This document shows positions 54,251-64,000 of a stretch of 64,000 bases of DNA, piece by piece (positions within the stretch are counted from its first letter, which is position 1; each line of letters begins with the position of its first letter). Position numbers and translations under genes: made by a program. This DNA is from Patescibacteria group bacterium. Its GTDB lineage: Bacteria; Patescibacteriota; Patescibacteriia; Patescibacteriales; UBA12465. Below the pieces are notes generated by a model. The model ran no database searches, was not told the origin of the DNA, and was given only the letters and a program-made list of their open reading frames with translations. Where the stretch lies: positions 817,489-881,488 of the forward strand of contig JBAZJK010000001.1 in assembly GCA_041651355.1 (NCBI GenBank), given 5' to 3'.

Positions 54251-54289
54251 AAGAGCCCGATATTCCCCAGGAATAAAGGGCTTTTTTTC
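54251..54289 (+). terminator. intrinsic terminator (compound hairpin)
   Basis: AGCCC...GGGCT outer stem with inner TATTCC-cca-GGAATA, then TTTTTTT. Confidence 0.7.
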
Positions 54290-54318
54290 TTGACTTTTTT
54301 ATGTTCCTATGCTATTAT
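54290..54318 (+). promoter_or_regulatory. sigma70-like promoter (TTGACT-17-TATTAT)
   Basis: Starts immediately after the upstream terminator's T-run. Followed by a ~90-nt AT-rich leader. Confidence 0.5.
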
Positions 54319-54408
54319 TAGTAGTGAAATTGATTAATTTATATATATTAAGCTATTCTTTATAAACTAAGAAATTTTTTAATTTATTACAATTGGTAAA
54401 TTAAAATT

Positions 54409-55107
54409 GTGAAAGTTATGAATTTTGAAAATAAATCTATGGATACTACATTAGAAAAACCAAAGACCGCTGAAGACTCAAAGGAGGTTATGACATCTGC
54501 CGATGAGGTTGTTAGAGAAGCCGAACGTATCGCTAGCGGTGCACCCGCTCAAGAGGCCATCGCTCAGCAACATGCTAACGTTCTAAAGGATATTGAAAGT
54601 CTAGGCAAGCCAGAGGCTCCCACTAGCAACAAAGAGGTGGTTGGTTCCTTGTTTGCTAAAATGAACGAAGATTTAGTCTCAAAATCAGAAGAGCTAGCTA
54701 GTTTACAAAAAACCAATCGAAAATCATTTTTTGGAAAAATCCTGAATCTAGGAGCCCCCATCGATCAGAAGGAAATTCATCTAGAAAAAACAGTTAATAG
54801 CTTGAAGGCTGACAACAAGATGGTGGAAACCTTAAAATCTCAGAACGTGAGCGAAGTGGCCGCTATAAAATTAATGGATGATGTTGGTAGCCCCGAACAC
54901 AGGATGATGGCAAAAAATGTGATAGATTTTGTTAAGAATAAATATGCAGACCTGGGTCCAGATAAAGTTAGAGAGATTGCCAAGCAATTTGCCGAAGAGT
55001 ATGATAGCATAAACACTCAAGGTGCTGATTTTGACAGCATTAAAAAACAGATACAAAAAGAGTTCGATAAGAAGAAACAGTGGCAGAATACTCAGAATGT
55101 TGCTTAA
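54409..55107 (+). CDS. hypothetical, predicted all-helical acidic protein
   Basis: 232 aa from GTG 54409 (alternative ATG at 54418). No TM segment or signal peptide. I recognise no family. Confidence 0.55.
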   Translation: MKVMNFENKSMDTTLEKPKTAEDSKEVMTSADEVVREAERIASGAPAQEAIAQQHANVLKDIESLGKPEAPTSNKEVVGSLFAKMNEDLVSKSEELASLQKTNRKSFFGKILNLGAPIDQKEIHLEKTVNSLKADNKMVETLKSQNVSEVAAIKLMDDVGSPEHRMMAKNVIDFVKNKYADLGPDKVREIAKQFAEEYDSINTQGADFDSIKKQIQKEFDKKKQWQNTQNVA

Positions 55108-55144
55108 TTTGTAAGATTAAATTAAATATTCACCTTTAAGATAT

Positions 55145-55236
55145 CTTCTAGTTTGTAGGCGGTCGCTCTTTTAAGCGGCCGCCGAGGTGGCTAGAAGGCC
55201 TTTCCGGAGGAAGAGAGGTTAAGTCTAATTTTTTTG
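55145..55236 (+). other. GC-rich structured element upstream of rpsA
   Basis: Outer stem CTTCTAG (55145)/CTAGAAG (55191) encloses a 10-bp stem GGCGGTCGCT/AGCGGCCGCC (55158-55183). Then CCTTTCCGGAGGAAGAGAGG and a T7 run at 55229-55235. Confidence 0.4.
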
Positions 55237-55265
55237 TTTTCAGAAGGATTAGATGAAATAAAAAT

Positions 55266-56459
55266 ATGTCTGATATACAAGATCAAAACAATGATTTTTC
55301 TAAGTTATTAGAAAAAGACGACATCAACATCCCTCAGGTTGGTGATGTTATCAAGGGGAGAGTCGTTTCAGCTTCTAAGGCTGAAGTCAAGCTCGACGTT
55401 AATGGCGTCTTAATGGGGGTAGTTCGCGGCCCCGAGTTATATGATGAGGCTGAAGAATTTTCTAATTTAAAAATCGGCGACGAAATTGAAGCCGCTGTTA
55501 TCGAAGAAGAAAATGAAAAAGGTGAATTGGAATTATCCTTCCGCCAAGTAGGCCAAGAGAAGGCCTGGGAAACCCTGCGCCAAGCTGGCAAAGATAAGAC
55601 GATCGTCAAGGTTAGAGTGATCGATGCTAACAAGGGTGGATTATTAGTGCGTTATTGCCAGATTAACGGCTTTTTACCTGTTTCTCAACTAGCTCCAGAA
55701 AATTATCCCCGCATTTCCGGAGGTGATAAAAGCAAGATTTTGGAAAAGCTTAAATCTTTTGTTGGCCAAGACCTAGAAGTGAATGTGATGAATTTGAGTA
55801 TAGAAGAAGATAAGGTTATTTTCAGCGAAAAAGATGTTTGGAATAAGAAACAGAAGCCAGCCTTAGATAAGTATAAGCCGGGTCAGGTAGTTGACGGCAA
55901 AATAACCGCCATCACTAATTTTGGTGTCTTTATCTCCTTTGACGAAAATATCGAAGGCTTGATCCATATTTCTGAATTAGCTTGGCAAAGGATAGATTCT
56001 CCAAATGAGCTATATAGGGTTGGTGATAAAGTTAAGGCGGAAATCGTAAGCATCGATGGTGCTAAAATATTTTTAAGCGCTAAAAGGTTATTACAGGATC
56101 CTTGGCGTGAAGCTAGCAAGAAATATAAAGCTGGTCAGGTAGTCAAAGGTGTTATCTTGAAAGTTAACCCTTTCGGCCTGTTTGTTAAACTGGATGAGGA
56201 AATCCACGGTTTAGCCCATATCAGCCAATTAAATTTAGAACCTAAAGCCAAGATTACCGAACTCTTTCAGGCCGGACAAGAAATTGATTTTGAGATAGTA
56301 AATATTTCCATCGCCGACCATCGTCTCGGTCTAAAATTAGCCGGTAGCGGTATCCCTCAGAAGGAAACCAGCACTGAACAATTAGCTGAATCAGAGGATG
56401 AGTCTCCAGAAGAAGAGAAGAAAGAAAAGAAAAAAAGCGCCAGTAAAGCTAAAAAATAA
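55266..56459 (+). CDS. rpsA: 30S ribosomal protein S1 (four S1 domains)
   Basis: Repeated (V/I)xGxV...GxxG(L/F)(I/L)(H/P)xS(Q/E)L S1-domain pattern four times; K/E-rich tail. Confidence 0.9.
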   Translation: MSDIQDQNNDFSKLLEKDDINIPQVGDVIKGRVVSASKAEVKLDVNGVLMGVVRGPELYDEAEEFSNLKIGDEIEAAVIEEENEKGELELSFRQVGQEKAWETLRQAGKDKTIVKVRVIDANKGGLLVRYCQINGFLPVSQLAPENYPRISGGDKSKILEKLKSFVGQDLEVNVMNLSIEEDKVIFSEKDVWNKKQKPALDKYKPGQVVDGKITAITNFGVFISFDENIEGLIHISELAWQRIDSPNELYRVGDKVKAEIVSIDGAKIFLSAKRLLQDPWREASKKYKAGQVVKGVILKVNPFGLFVKLDEEIHGLAHISQLNLEPKAKITELFQAGQEIDFEIVNISIADHRLGLKLAGSGIPQKETSTEQLAESEDESPEEEKKEKKKSASKAKK

Positions 56460-56462
56460 GTA

Positions 56463-56495
56463 ATAGGGGCATTTTGCCCCTATTTCTGATTTTTG
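56463..56495 (+). terminator. intrinsic terminator
   Basis: ATAGGGGC-atttt-GCCCCTAT followed by TTCTGATTTTT. Confidence 0.75.
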
Positions 56496-56543
56496 CTAAA
56501 TTGCTAAAACCCTCTTTAAATTATATAATATGAGGGCTTAACT

Positions 56544-58376
56544 ATGTCTATGAAGAATTTAATCAAGAATTTTCTAATTTTCTTTCTGGTGTTTTTAGTG
56601 ATTGCCGGTATTTTTAGTTATTTTGGCGGCGGCCGCCAGGAAATAGCTACAGTCGGGCTGGAAACGATGATCAAACAGATTAATGACCAACAGATTTCAG
56701 AAGTTAAGATTAACGGCGACAAGATAAATATCACCCTTAAGGATGGAAAAAAAGAAGTCGTTAAGAAAGAAAGCACAGAATCTTTCTCCGCCTTATTAAA
56801 TAATTTTAAAGTTGATCCATCTAAAACCGGGGAGATTAAGATCCAGATTGAGGAAAACTCCGGTTGGAATTATTGGTTGGGGTTAATTTTGCCCGTGCTC
56901 ATTCCTTTTGTCTTAATTATCGCTTTCATGATGTTCACTATGAGAGGTTTGCAAGGAATGAATTCTCGGGCCATGAACTTTGGTCAATCAAACGCTAAGG
57001 AAGTCAGCCCGGAACAAAAAGACAAGGTTAGCTTTAAAGATGTTGCTGGAGCCAAAGAAGCCAAAGAAGAGCTGAAGGAAGTGGTAGATTTTTTGCGCTT
57101 CCCTAAAAAATTTCACGATCTCGGGGCCAGGATACCCCGAGGCGTCCTGTTATTAGGAGCACCTGGAACCGGTAAGACCTTGTTATCTCGTAGTGTGGCC
57201 GGTGAAGCTAACGTTCCGTTTTTTCACATTTCCGGTTCAGAATTTGTGGAAATGTTTGTCGGAGTAGGGGCTTCAAGGGTTCGGTCTTTATTCCAGAAAG
57301 CTAAAAAGAATTCTCCCTGCATTATCTTTATTGACGAGATTGATGCTGTCGGTCGGCGCCGTGGCGCTGGCCTCGGCGGATCTCATGACGAGAGAGAACA
57401 GACCTTAAACCAGATCCTGGTAGAGATGGACGGTTTTGAGCCGACTAATAATGTCATCGTAATCGCTGCCACTAATCGGCCCGATGTTCTAGATCCAGCC
57501 TTGCTTCGTCCGGGGCGCTTTGACCGCCAGGTGGTAATCGACTTGCCGGATATAAAAGATAGAGAAGAGATTCTCCAGGTTCATTCTCGAAAAAAACCCC
57601 TAGCCAAAGAAGTTGATCTGAGAAAAATTGCTGAACGCACTCCTGGTTTTTCTGGAGCCGATCTAGCTAATCTTTTAAACGAAGCGGCGATCTTGGCAGC
57701 GCGACAGGATAAGAAGATTATTGAAAATACTGAGTTATTCGAAGCTATTGAGAAGGTAATGATTGGGCCGGAAAGACGTAGCCGTATCATTACTGAAAAA
57801 GAGAAAAAAGTAACTGCCTATCATGAGGCCGGGCACGCCTTGGTCGCCCATTTTCTCCCCGCCGCCGATCCCGTTCATAAGATTTCTATTATTGCTCGTG
57901 GCCAGGCCGGAGGCTATACTCTTAAAGTTCCGACTGAAGACCGCCATATGCATCCTAAATCCGAATTTATCCAGGAGATAGCCGTTCTTTTGGCCGGCCA
58001 TCTAACTGAAAAAGAAATCTTCGGGGAAGTGACGACTGGCGCTACTTCTGATTTACGTCGAGCCACTGCCATGGCTAGGGCCTTAGTCACAGATTACGGC
58101 ATGAGCGAGCACCTCGGTCCGCGTACTTATGGCGAGAAAGAAGAAATGATATTCTTAGGACGGGAAATACATGAACAAAGGGATTATAGCGAGAAGATAG
58201 CCGAGAAAATAGATGAAGAGATAGCCGATTTCATTAAACAAGGTTCCGATCGAGCCAAGACAATAATTAGCGATCACAAGGAAGAATTAGAAAGAATCGT
58301 TAATGCCTTATTAACTAAAGAAACCTTAGAGAAAGATGAATTTGAGGCTTTGGTTGGACCTAAACCGCAGGCCTGA
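56544..58376 (+). CDS. ftsH: ATP-dependent zinc metalloprotease FtsH
   Basis: [22 protein letters not shown] region, HEAGHAL zinc motif. TGA stop. Confidence 0.97.
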   Translation: MSMKNLIKNFLIFFLVFLVIAGIFSYFGGGRQEIATVGLETMIKQINDQQISEVKINGDKINITLKDGKKEVVKKESTESFSALLNNFKVDPSKTGEIKIQIEENSGWNYWLGLILPVLIPFVLIIAFMMFTMRGLQGMNSRAMNFGQSNAKEVSPEQKDKVSFKDVAGAKEAKEELKEVVDFLRFPKKFHDLGARIPRGVLLLGAPGTGKTLLSRSVAGEANVPFFHISGSEFVEMFVGVGASRVRSLFQKAKKNSPCIIFIDEIDAVGRRRGAGLGGSHDEREQTLNQILVEMDGFEPTNNVIVIAATNRPDVLDPALLRPGRFDRQVVIDLPDIKDREEILQVHSRKKPLAKEVDLRKIAERTPGFSGADLANLLNEAAILAARQDKKIIENTELFEAIEKVMIGPERRSRIITEKEKKVTAYHEAGHALVAHFLPAADPVHKISIIARGQAGGYTLKVPTEDRHMHPKSEFIQEIAVLLAGHLTEKEIFGEVTTGATSDLRRATAMARALVTDYGMSEHLGPRTYGEKEEMIFLGREIHEQRDYSEKIAEKIDEEIADFIKQGSDRAKTIISDHKEELERIVNALLTKETLEKDEFEALVGPKPQA

Positions 58377-58460
58377 TTGACTAATATTGGTTTTAAGATA
58401 TACTAAAAATAGCTAAAACTTTAGAAAAATTTAATATTTTCAAGTTTTTAAATAAATAAT

Positions 58461-58664
58461 ATGCCTAATCCTAAAAAAAGAAAAACCCATTCCGCTACGC
58501 ATAAGGGTAGAGCTCATTTAGCTCTTAAGAAAGTAGTCCTGAATAAATGCCCAAAATGTGGCAGCGCTAAGAAGCCTCATACCGTTTGCTCCTTCTGCGG
58601 TAGCTATAAAGGCCGAGCAGCGGTAAAGACCAAAACTAAGAAAGTTAATAAGACTAAAAAATAA
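58461..58664 (+). CDS. rpmF: 50S ribosomal protein L32
   Basis: MPNPKKRKTHS...CPKCGSAKKPHTVCSFCGSYKGR zinc-ribbon type. Confidence 0.93.
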   Translation: MPNPKKRKTHSATHKGRAHLALKKVVLNKCPKCGSAKKPHTVCSFCGSYKGRAAVKTKTKKVNKTKK

Positions 58665-58711
58665 TCCTTGCCGAAAGCCAAACTGACCTTTGGCTTTTGC
58701 TTTAGCTCTTT

Positions 58712-59188
58712 ATGTCTAATCGTCATTTAGCTCGCACTCTAGCTTTGCAAACCTTGTTTGCTTGGGATTTTAATGGCAAAAAGGCGGACAGCTTGGCAGA
58801 TTTGATCGCTAGTAATTTTAGGAATTTCGCTCCTGATTTTAATGATGACGGCTTTGTTAGCGAATTGGTTGATGGCGTGGTTAAAAATCACTCGGAGATT
58901 GATAAGTATATTTGCAAATATGCTACTGAGTGGCCACTAGATCAGATAACTATCCTGGATAGGAATATTTTACGTTTGGGAATTTTTGAGCTTTTATATA
59001 CCGCCACCCCACCGCTAGTAGCCATTAATGAAGCTATCGAGGTGGCCAAAAGTTTTGGCAGCGATTCTTCCGGGAAATTTGTTAATGGCGTTTTAGGAGC
59101 CTTATACAATGATTTGCCTGAAGATAAGAAGGCGAGTGGCAAGAAAGAGCCAGTCTCTACGCCCGGTAAAGACGGGCAAAGCCTTTAG
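58712..59188 (+). CDS. nusB: transcription antitermination factor NusB
   Basis: RHLARTLALQTLF start, LDRNILRLGIFEL, INEAIEVAKSFG. Confidence 0.9.
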   Translation: MSNRHLARTLALQTLFAWDFNGKKADSLADLIASNFRNFAPDFNDDGFVSELVDGVVKNHSEIDKYICKYATEWPLDQITILDRNILRLGIFELLYTATPPLVAINEAIEVAKSFGSDSSGKFVNGVLGALYNDLPEDKKASGKKEPVSTPGKDGQSL

Positions 59189-59192
59189 TTTT

Positions 59193-59885
59193 ATGAATAG
59201 CCTATCTAAATTACAAAAGAATTTAGGCTTGCAATTCAAGAATGAAGCTTTATTGCGCCAAGCCTTGATCCACCGCTCTTATCTTAATGAACACCCTGAA
59301 TGCCAAACCGGCCACAATGAGCGTTTAGAATTTTTGGGTGACGCCGTTTTAGAAATAATTGTAACCGAGTATTTATATTTAAATTTCCTGGATACTCCAG
59401 AGGGTGATTTGACGAATTGGCGCGCCGCCCTGGTTAATGCCAAGATGCTTTATAATGTCGCCCTGGATTTAGAAATCGAGGGCAACCTCTATTTATCTAA
59501 AGGAGAAGCTAAAGATAAGAATAAGAAATCGCGGCATTATATCTTAGCCAACGCCATTGAAGCGATAATTGGTGCCATCTATTTGGATCAAGGGCTAGCA
59601 GCGGCTAAGAAATTTATCAATAAGAATATTATTGTTCGCTTGGATGACATTTTGCAGAATAAGCTTTATTTAGACCCGAAGTCCAGGTTTCAAGAAAGAG
59701 CTCAGGAGGAGGTTGGAGTTACTCCTCATTATGAAATTATTAAGGAAGAGGGCCCGGATCACGCTAAGAATTTTACAGTTGGCCTTTATTTAAATGATAA
59801 AATGGTGACTACCGGCAAGGGGTCCTCTAAGCAGGAAGCGCAAGTCCAGGCAGCCGAGAAGGGTTTAAAAAAAATGAATTGGTAA
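59193..59885 (+). CDS. rnc: ribonuclease III
   Basis: ORF 59109 trimmed to ATG 59193 (MNSLSKLQ...). NERLEFLGDAVLE catalytic signature, C-terminal dsRBD (GPDHAKNF...GSSKQEAQVQAAE). Confidence 0.93.
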   Translation: MNSLSKLQKNLGLQFKNEALLRQALIHRSYLNEHPECQTGHNERLEFLGDAVLEIIVTEYLYLNFLDTPEGDLTNWRAALVNAKMLYNVALDLEIEGNLYLSKGEAKDKNKKSRHYILANAIEAIIGAIYLDQGLAAAKKFINKNIIVRLDDILQNKLYLDPKSRFQERAQEEVGVTPHYEIIKEEGPDHAKNFTVGLYLNDKMVTTGKGSSKQEAQVQAAEKGLKKMNW

Positions 59886-59924
59886 TCCAATATTTAAATA
59901 TACAAATTAATTCATCTTAACTTT

Positions 59925-60986
59925 ATGTTAGATATCAAACATCTGTTACAGCTAGCCGCCACCAGGAATGCTTCGGATTTGCACCTAGTTGTTGGTTTGC
60001 CGCCGATTTTTCGGGTTGATGGCGAATTATTTAGTTTAGATGAAATTTTAAAAAAGAAGGGCGAAGGTGAAATAATCAACGAGCAAGAGCTCCAGGAGTC
60101 GGTCGGTTTGCTCCTTAGCCCAGAACAGAAGACTAAATTTTTTGTGGAAAGAGACCTGGATATCAGTTATGCTTTGAATGATCTGCGTTTTCGTATTAAC
60201 TTGTCTTATGAAAAAGGCAATATGAAGATGGTGGCGCGCGTGATAACTGATGAACAACCGACTTTAGAACAGATTGGCATGCCTCAAGTGGTCTATGATT
60301 TATTGAACCTGCCCCAAGGCTTAATTTTATTAACTGGTCCGACCGGTTGCGGCAAGTCGACTACTCTAGCGGCGATGATAAATTATATTAATAATAATCG
60401 TAGCTGTAATATCGTGACTTTTGAGGATCCTATTGAATTTTTATTTAAATCTAATAAGAGCGTTATCACCCAGCGTCAGCTTGGCTCTGATATGTCCTCT
60501 TTTGCTAAAGGCTTGAAATATGTCTTGCGCCAAGATCCGAACGTCATCATGATAGGTGAAATGCGTGACTTGGAAACTATTGCCGCCGCCATTACCATCG
60601 CTGAAACCGGCCATTTAGTATTAGCGACTCTCCATACCTTTAATGCCGCCCAAACAGTCGACCGGATCATAGATATATTCCCTCCCCATCAGCAGAATCA
60701 GGTTCGCTCCCAGCTATCTTTGATTTTAGCCGGCGTAATATCGCAACGCCTTTTGCCGAAGATCGGCGGTGGCCGGGTGGCGGCGAGAGAAATTATGGTT
60801 AAGACCCCGGCGGTAGCCAACTTAATCAGAGAGAATAAGATTGCCCAATTGAGATCAGTCCTCCAGACTAGCGGAGCTGACGGCATGATGACTCTGGATA
60901 AGCATCTACAAGAATTATTCCATCAAGGCTTGATTACTAAAGAGGTGGCTATGGGGCAGATGGAAAACCCGAATGAATTAGCTTAA
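59925..60986 (+). CDS. pilT: type IV pilus retraction ATPase PilT
   Basis: ASDLHL, GPTGCGKSTTLA Walker A, IMIGEMRD, ETGHLVLATLHT His box. Confidence 0.9.
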   Translation: MLDIKHLLQLAATRNASDLHLVVGLPPIFRVDGELFSLDEILKKKGEGEIINEQELQESVGLLLSPEQKTKFFVERDLDISYALNDLRFRINLSYEKGNMKMVARVITDEQPTLEQIGMPQVVYDLLNLPQGLILLTGPTGCGKSTTLAAMINYINNNRSCNIVTFEDPIEFLFKSNKSVITQRQLGSDMSSFAKGLKYVLRQDPNVIMIGEMRDLETIAAAITIAETGHLVLATLHTFNAAQTVDRIIDIFPPHQQNQVRSQLSLILAGVISQRLLPKIGGGRVAAREIMVKTPAVANLIRENKIAQLRSVLQTSGADGMMTLDKHLQELFHQGLITKEVAMGQMENPNELA

Positions 60987-61031
60987 TTTTATTCTTTTAT
61001 TCCAGGCCTATTTTAGTCTTCTATAATGTTT

Positions 61032-61059
61032 AAAAACCCCTATTTTTATGGGGTTTTTT
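61032..61059 (+). terminator. intrinsic terminator
   Basis: AAAAACCCC-tatttttat-GGGGTTTTT followed by T. Confidence 0.8.
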
Positions 61060-61064
61060 GACTC

Positions 61065-61092
61065 TTGACACATTTTTTAAATAGTATATAAT
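61065..61092 (+). promoter_or_regulatory. sigma70-like promoter (TTGACA-16-TATAAT)
   Basis: Both hexamers are perfect consensus. About 385 nt upstream of the mature 23S 5' end. Confidence 0.6.
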
Positions 61093-61199
61093 TATTAGCA
61101 GTTTCTGATAGTCTAGAATTTAATAAAATATGTATAAATATCTTATCAAGTCTAAATTAAAGCGGTTATAAAATAATTGTTATTTTTCGATTATTTTGG

Positions 61200-61221
61200 A
61201 ACCGCCACCCGCGGTTTTTTT
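61200..61221 (+). terminator. terminator-like hairpin inside the 23S upstream leader
   Basis: AACCGC-caccc-GCGGTT followed by TTTTT. An upstream GCGGTT (61162-61167) could alternatively pair with AACCGC. Confidence 0.45.
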
Positions 61222-61476
61222 GGACCTTAAAAGATTTTATATTTTAAATGATTGAACTCTGTGCGTTAAATTTAGCGCTCAGAACTAATCATTTAGGATG
61301 AACTTTAATAATTGAATAGGATTTATTCGTTTGACCTACGGATAAATCCAGAATAGAAAAACAAGATTAATTTCTTCTTTCATTTATTTTGCAATTTCTG
61401 GAAGAAGGAATTTATGCATTCAATTTGCTGAATGCACCAACTTTTATCAAAGTAAAATTTGAAAACAAAAGTGTGG

Positions 61477-64000
<2,524 letters not shown>

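Noticed and set aside
55195-55225. SRP (4.5S) RNA-like string TCCGGAGGAAGAGAGG resembling TCCGGAAGGAAGCAGCC
   Set aside because: No GNRA tetraloop closed by the UCC/GGA stem can be drawn, and no complementary 5'/3' helix flanks it.
59109-59192. Upstream extension of the RNase III ORF overlapping nusB
   Set aside because: The extension is basic, low-complexity sequence read out of frame to nusB. RNase III homology starts at MNSLSKLQ (ATG 59193), 5 nt after the nusB stop.

Overview
AT-rich, gene-dense bacterial chromosome segment. I call 62 protein genes, 8 tRNAs, a tmRNA and about 2.5 kb of the 5' part of a 23S rRNA, which runs off the window end. It contains the classic replication-origin neighbourhood: yidC-yidD-rnpA-rpmH on the minus strand, diverging from dnaA-dnaN on the plus strand, with DnaA boxes and an AT-only unwinding element. 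The rest is mostly housekeeping: translation (infC-rpmI-rplT, rpsA, rpmF, rpmH, smpB/ssrA, tig), transcription (nusA, nusB), RNA processing (rnj, rnc, rnpA, truB, rluA-type, trmH-type, Elp3-type), one-carbon metabolism (glyA-folD), envelope (lgt, PBP1A, flippase, glycosyltransferases), a membrane pyrophosphatase, ftsH, recQ and pilT. The 23S gene has no 16S upstream. Together with the membrane PPase, a VirB2-like pilin, a bacterial Elp3, many small monocistronic units and the low GC, this fits a reduced Patescibacteria/CPR-like genome; that placement is inference and cannot be tested here. The standard genetic code fits. I saw no transposase, integrase, CRISPR array or large repeat family. I did not find a multi-gene system I can confidently call novel. 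The most unusual items are: (1) a NOX-type di-haem/FAD/NAD(P)H oxidoreductase; (2) a bacterial Elp3; (3) a His-less CsoR/CstR-type repressor with a perfect operator, heading a trxA(WCMPC)-gdh operon; (4) ssrA starting inside the 3' end of smpB, followed by a tRNA pair and a small three-gene islet of unknowns; (5) several GC-richer orphan genes, each with its own consensus promoter and terminator, wedged between housekeeping genes; (6) non-coding regions with promoter-plus-terminator architecture (19.3-19.6 kb, 29.0-29.3 kb, 55.1-55.2 kb, 61.0-61.5 kb) that could be sRNAs or attenuators; (7) an unlinked 23S with domain I expansion segments. All coordinates for RNAs, promoters and terminators were derived by eye and may be off by a few nt.
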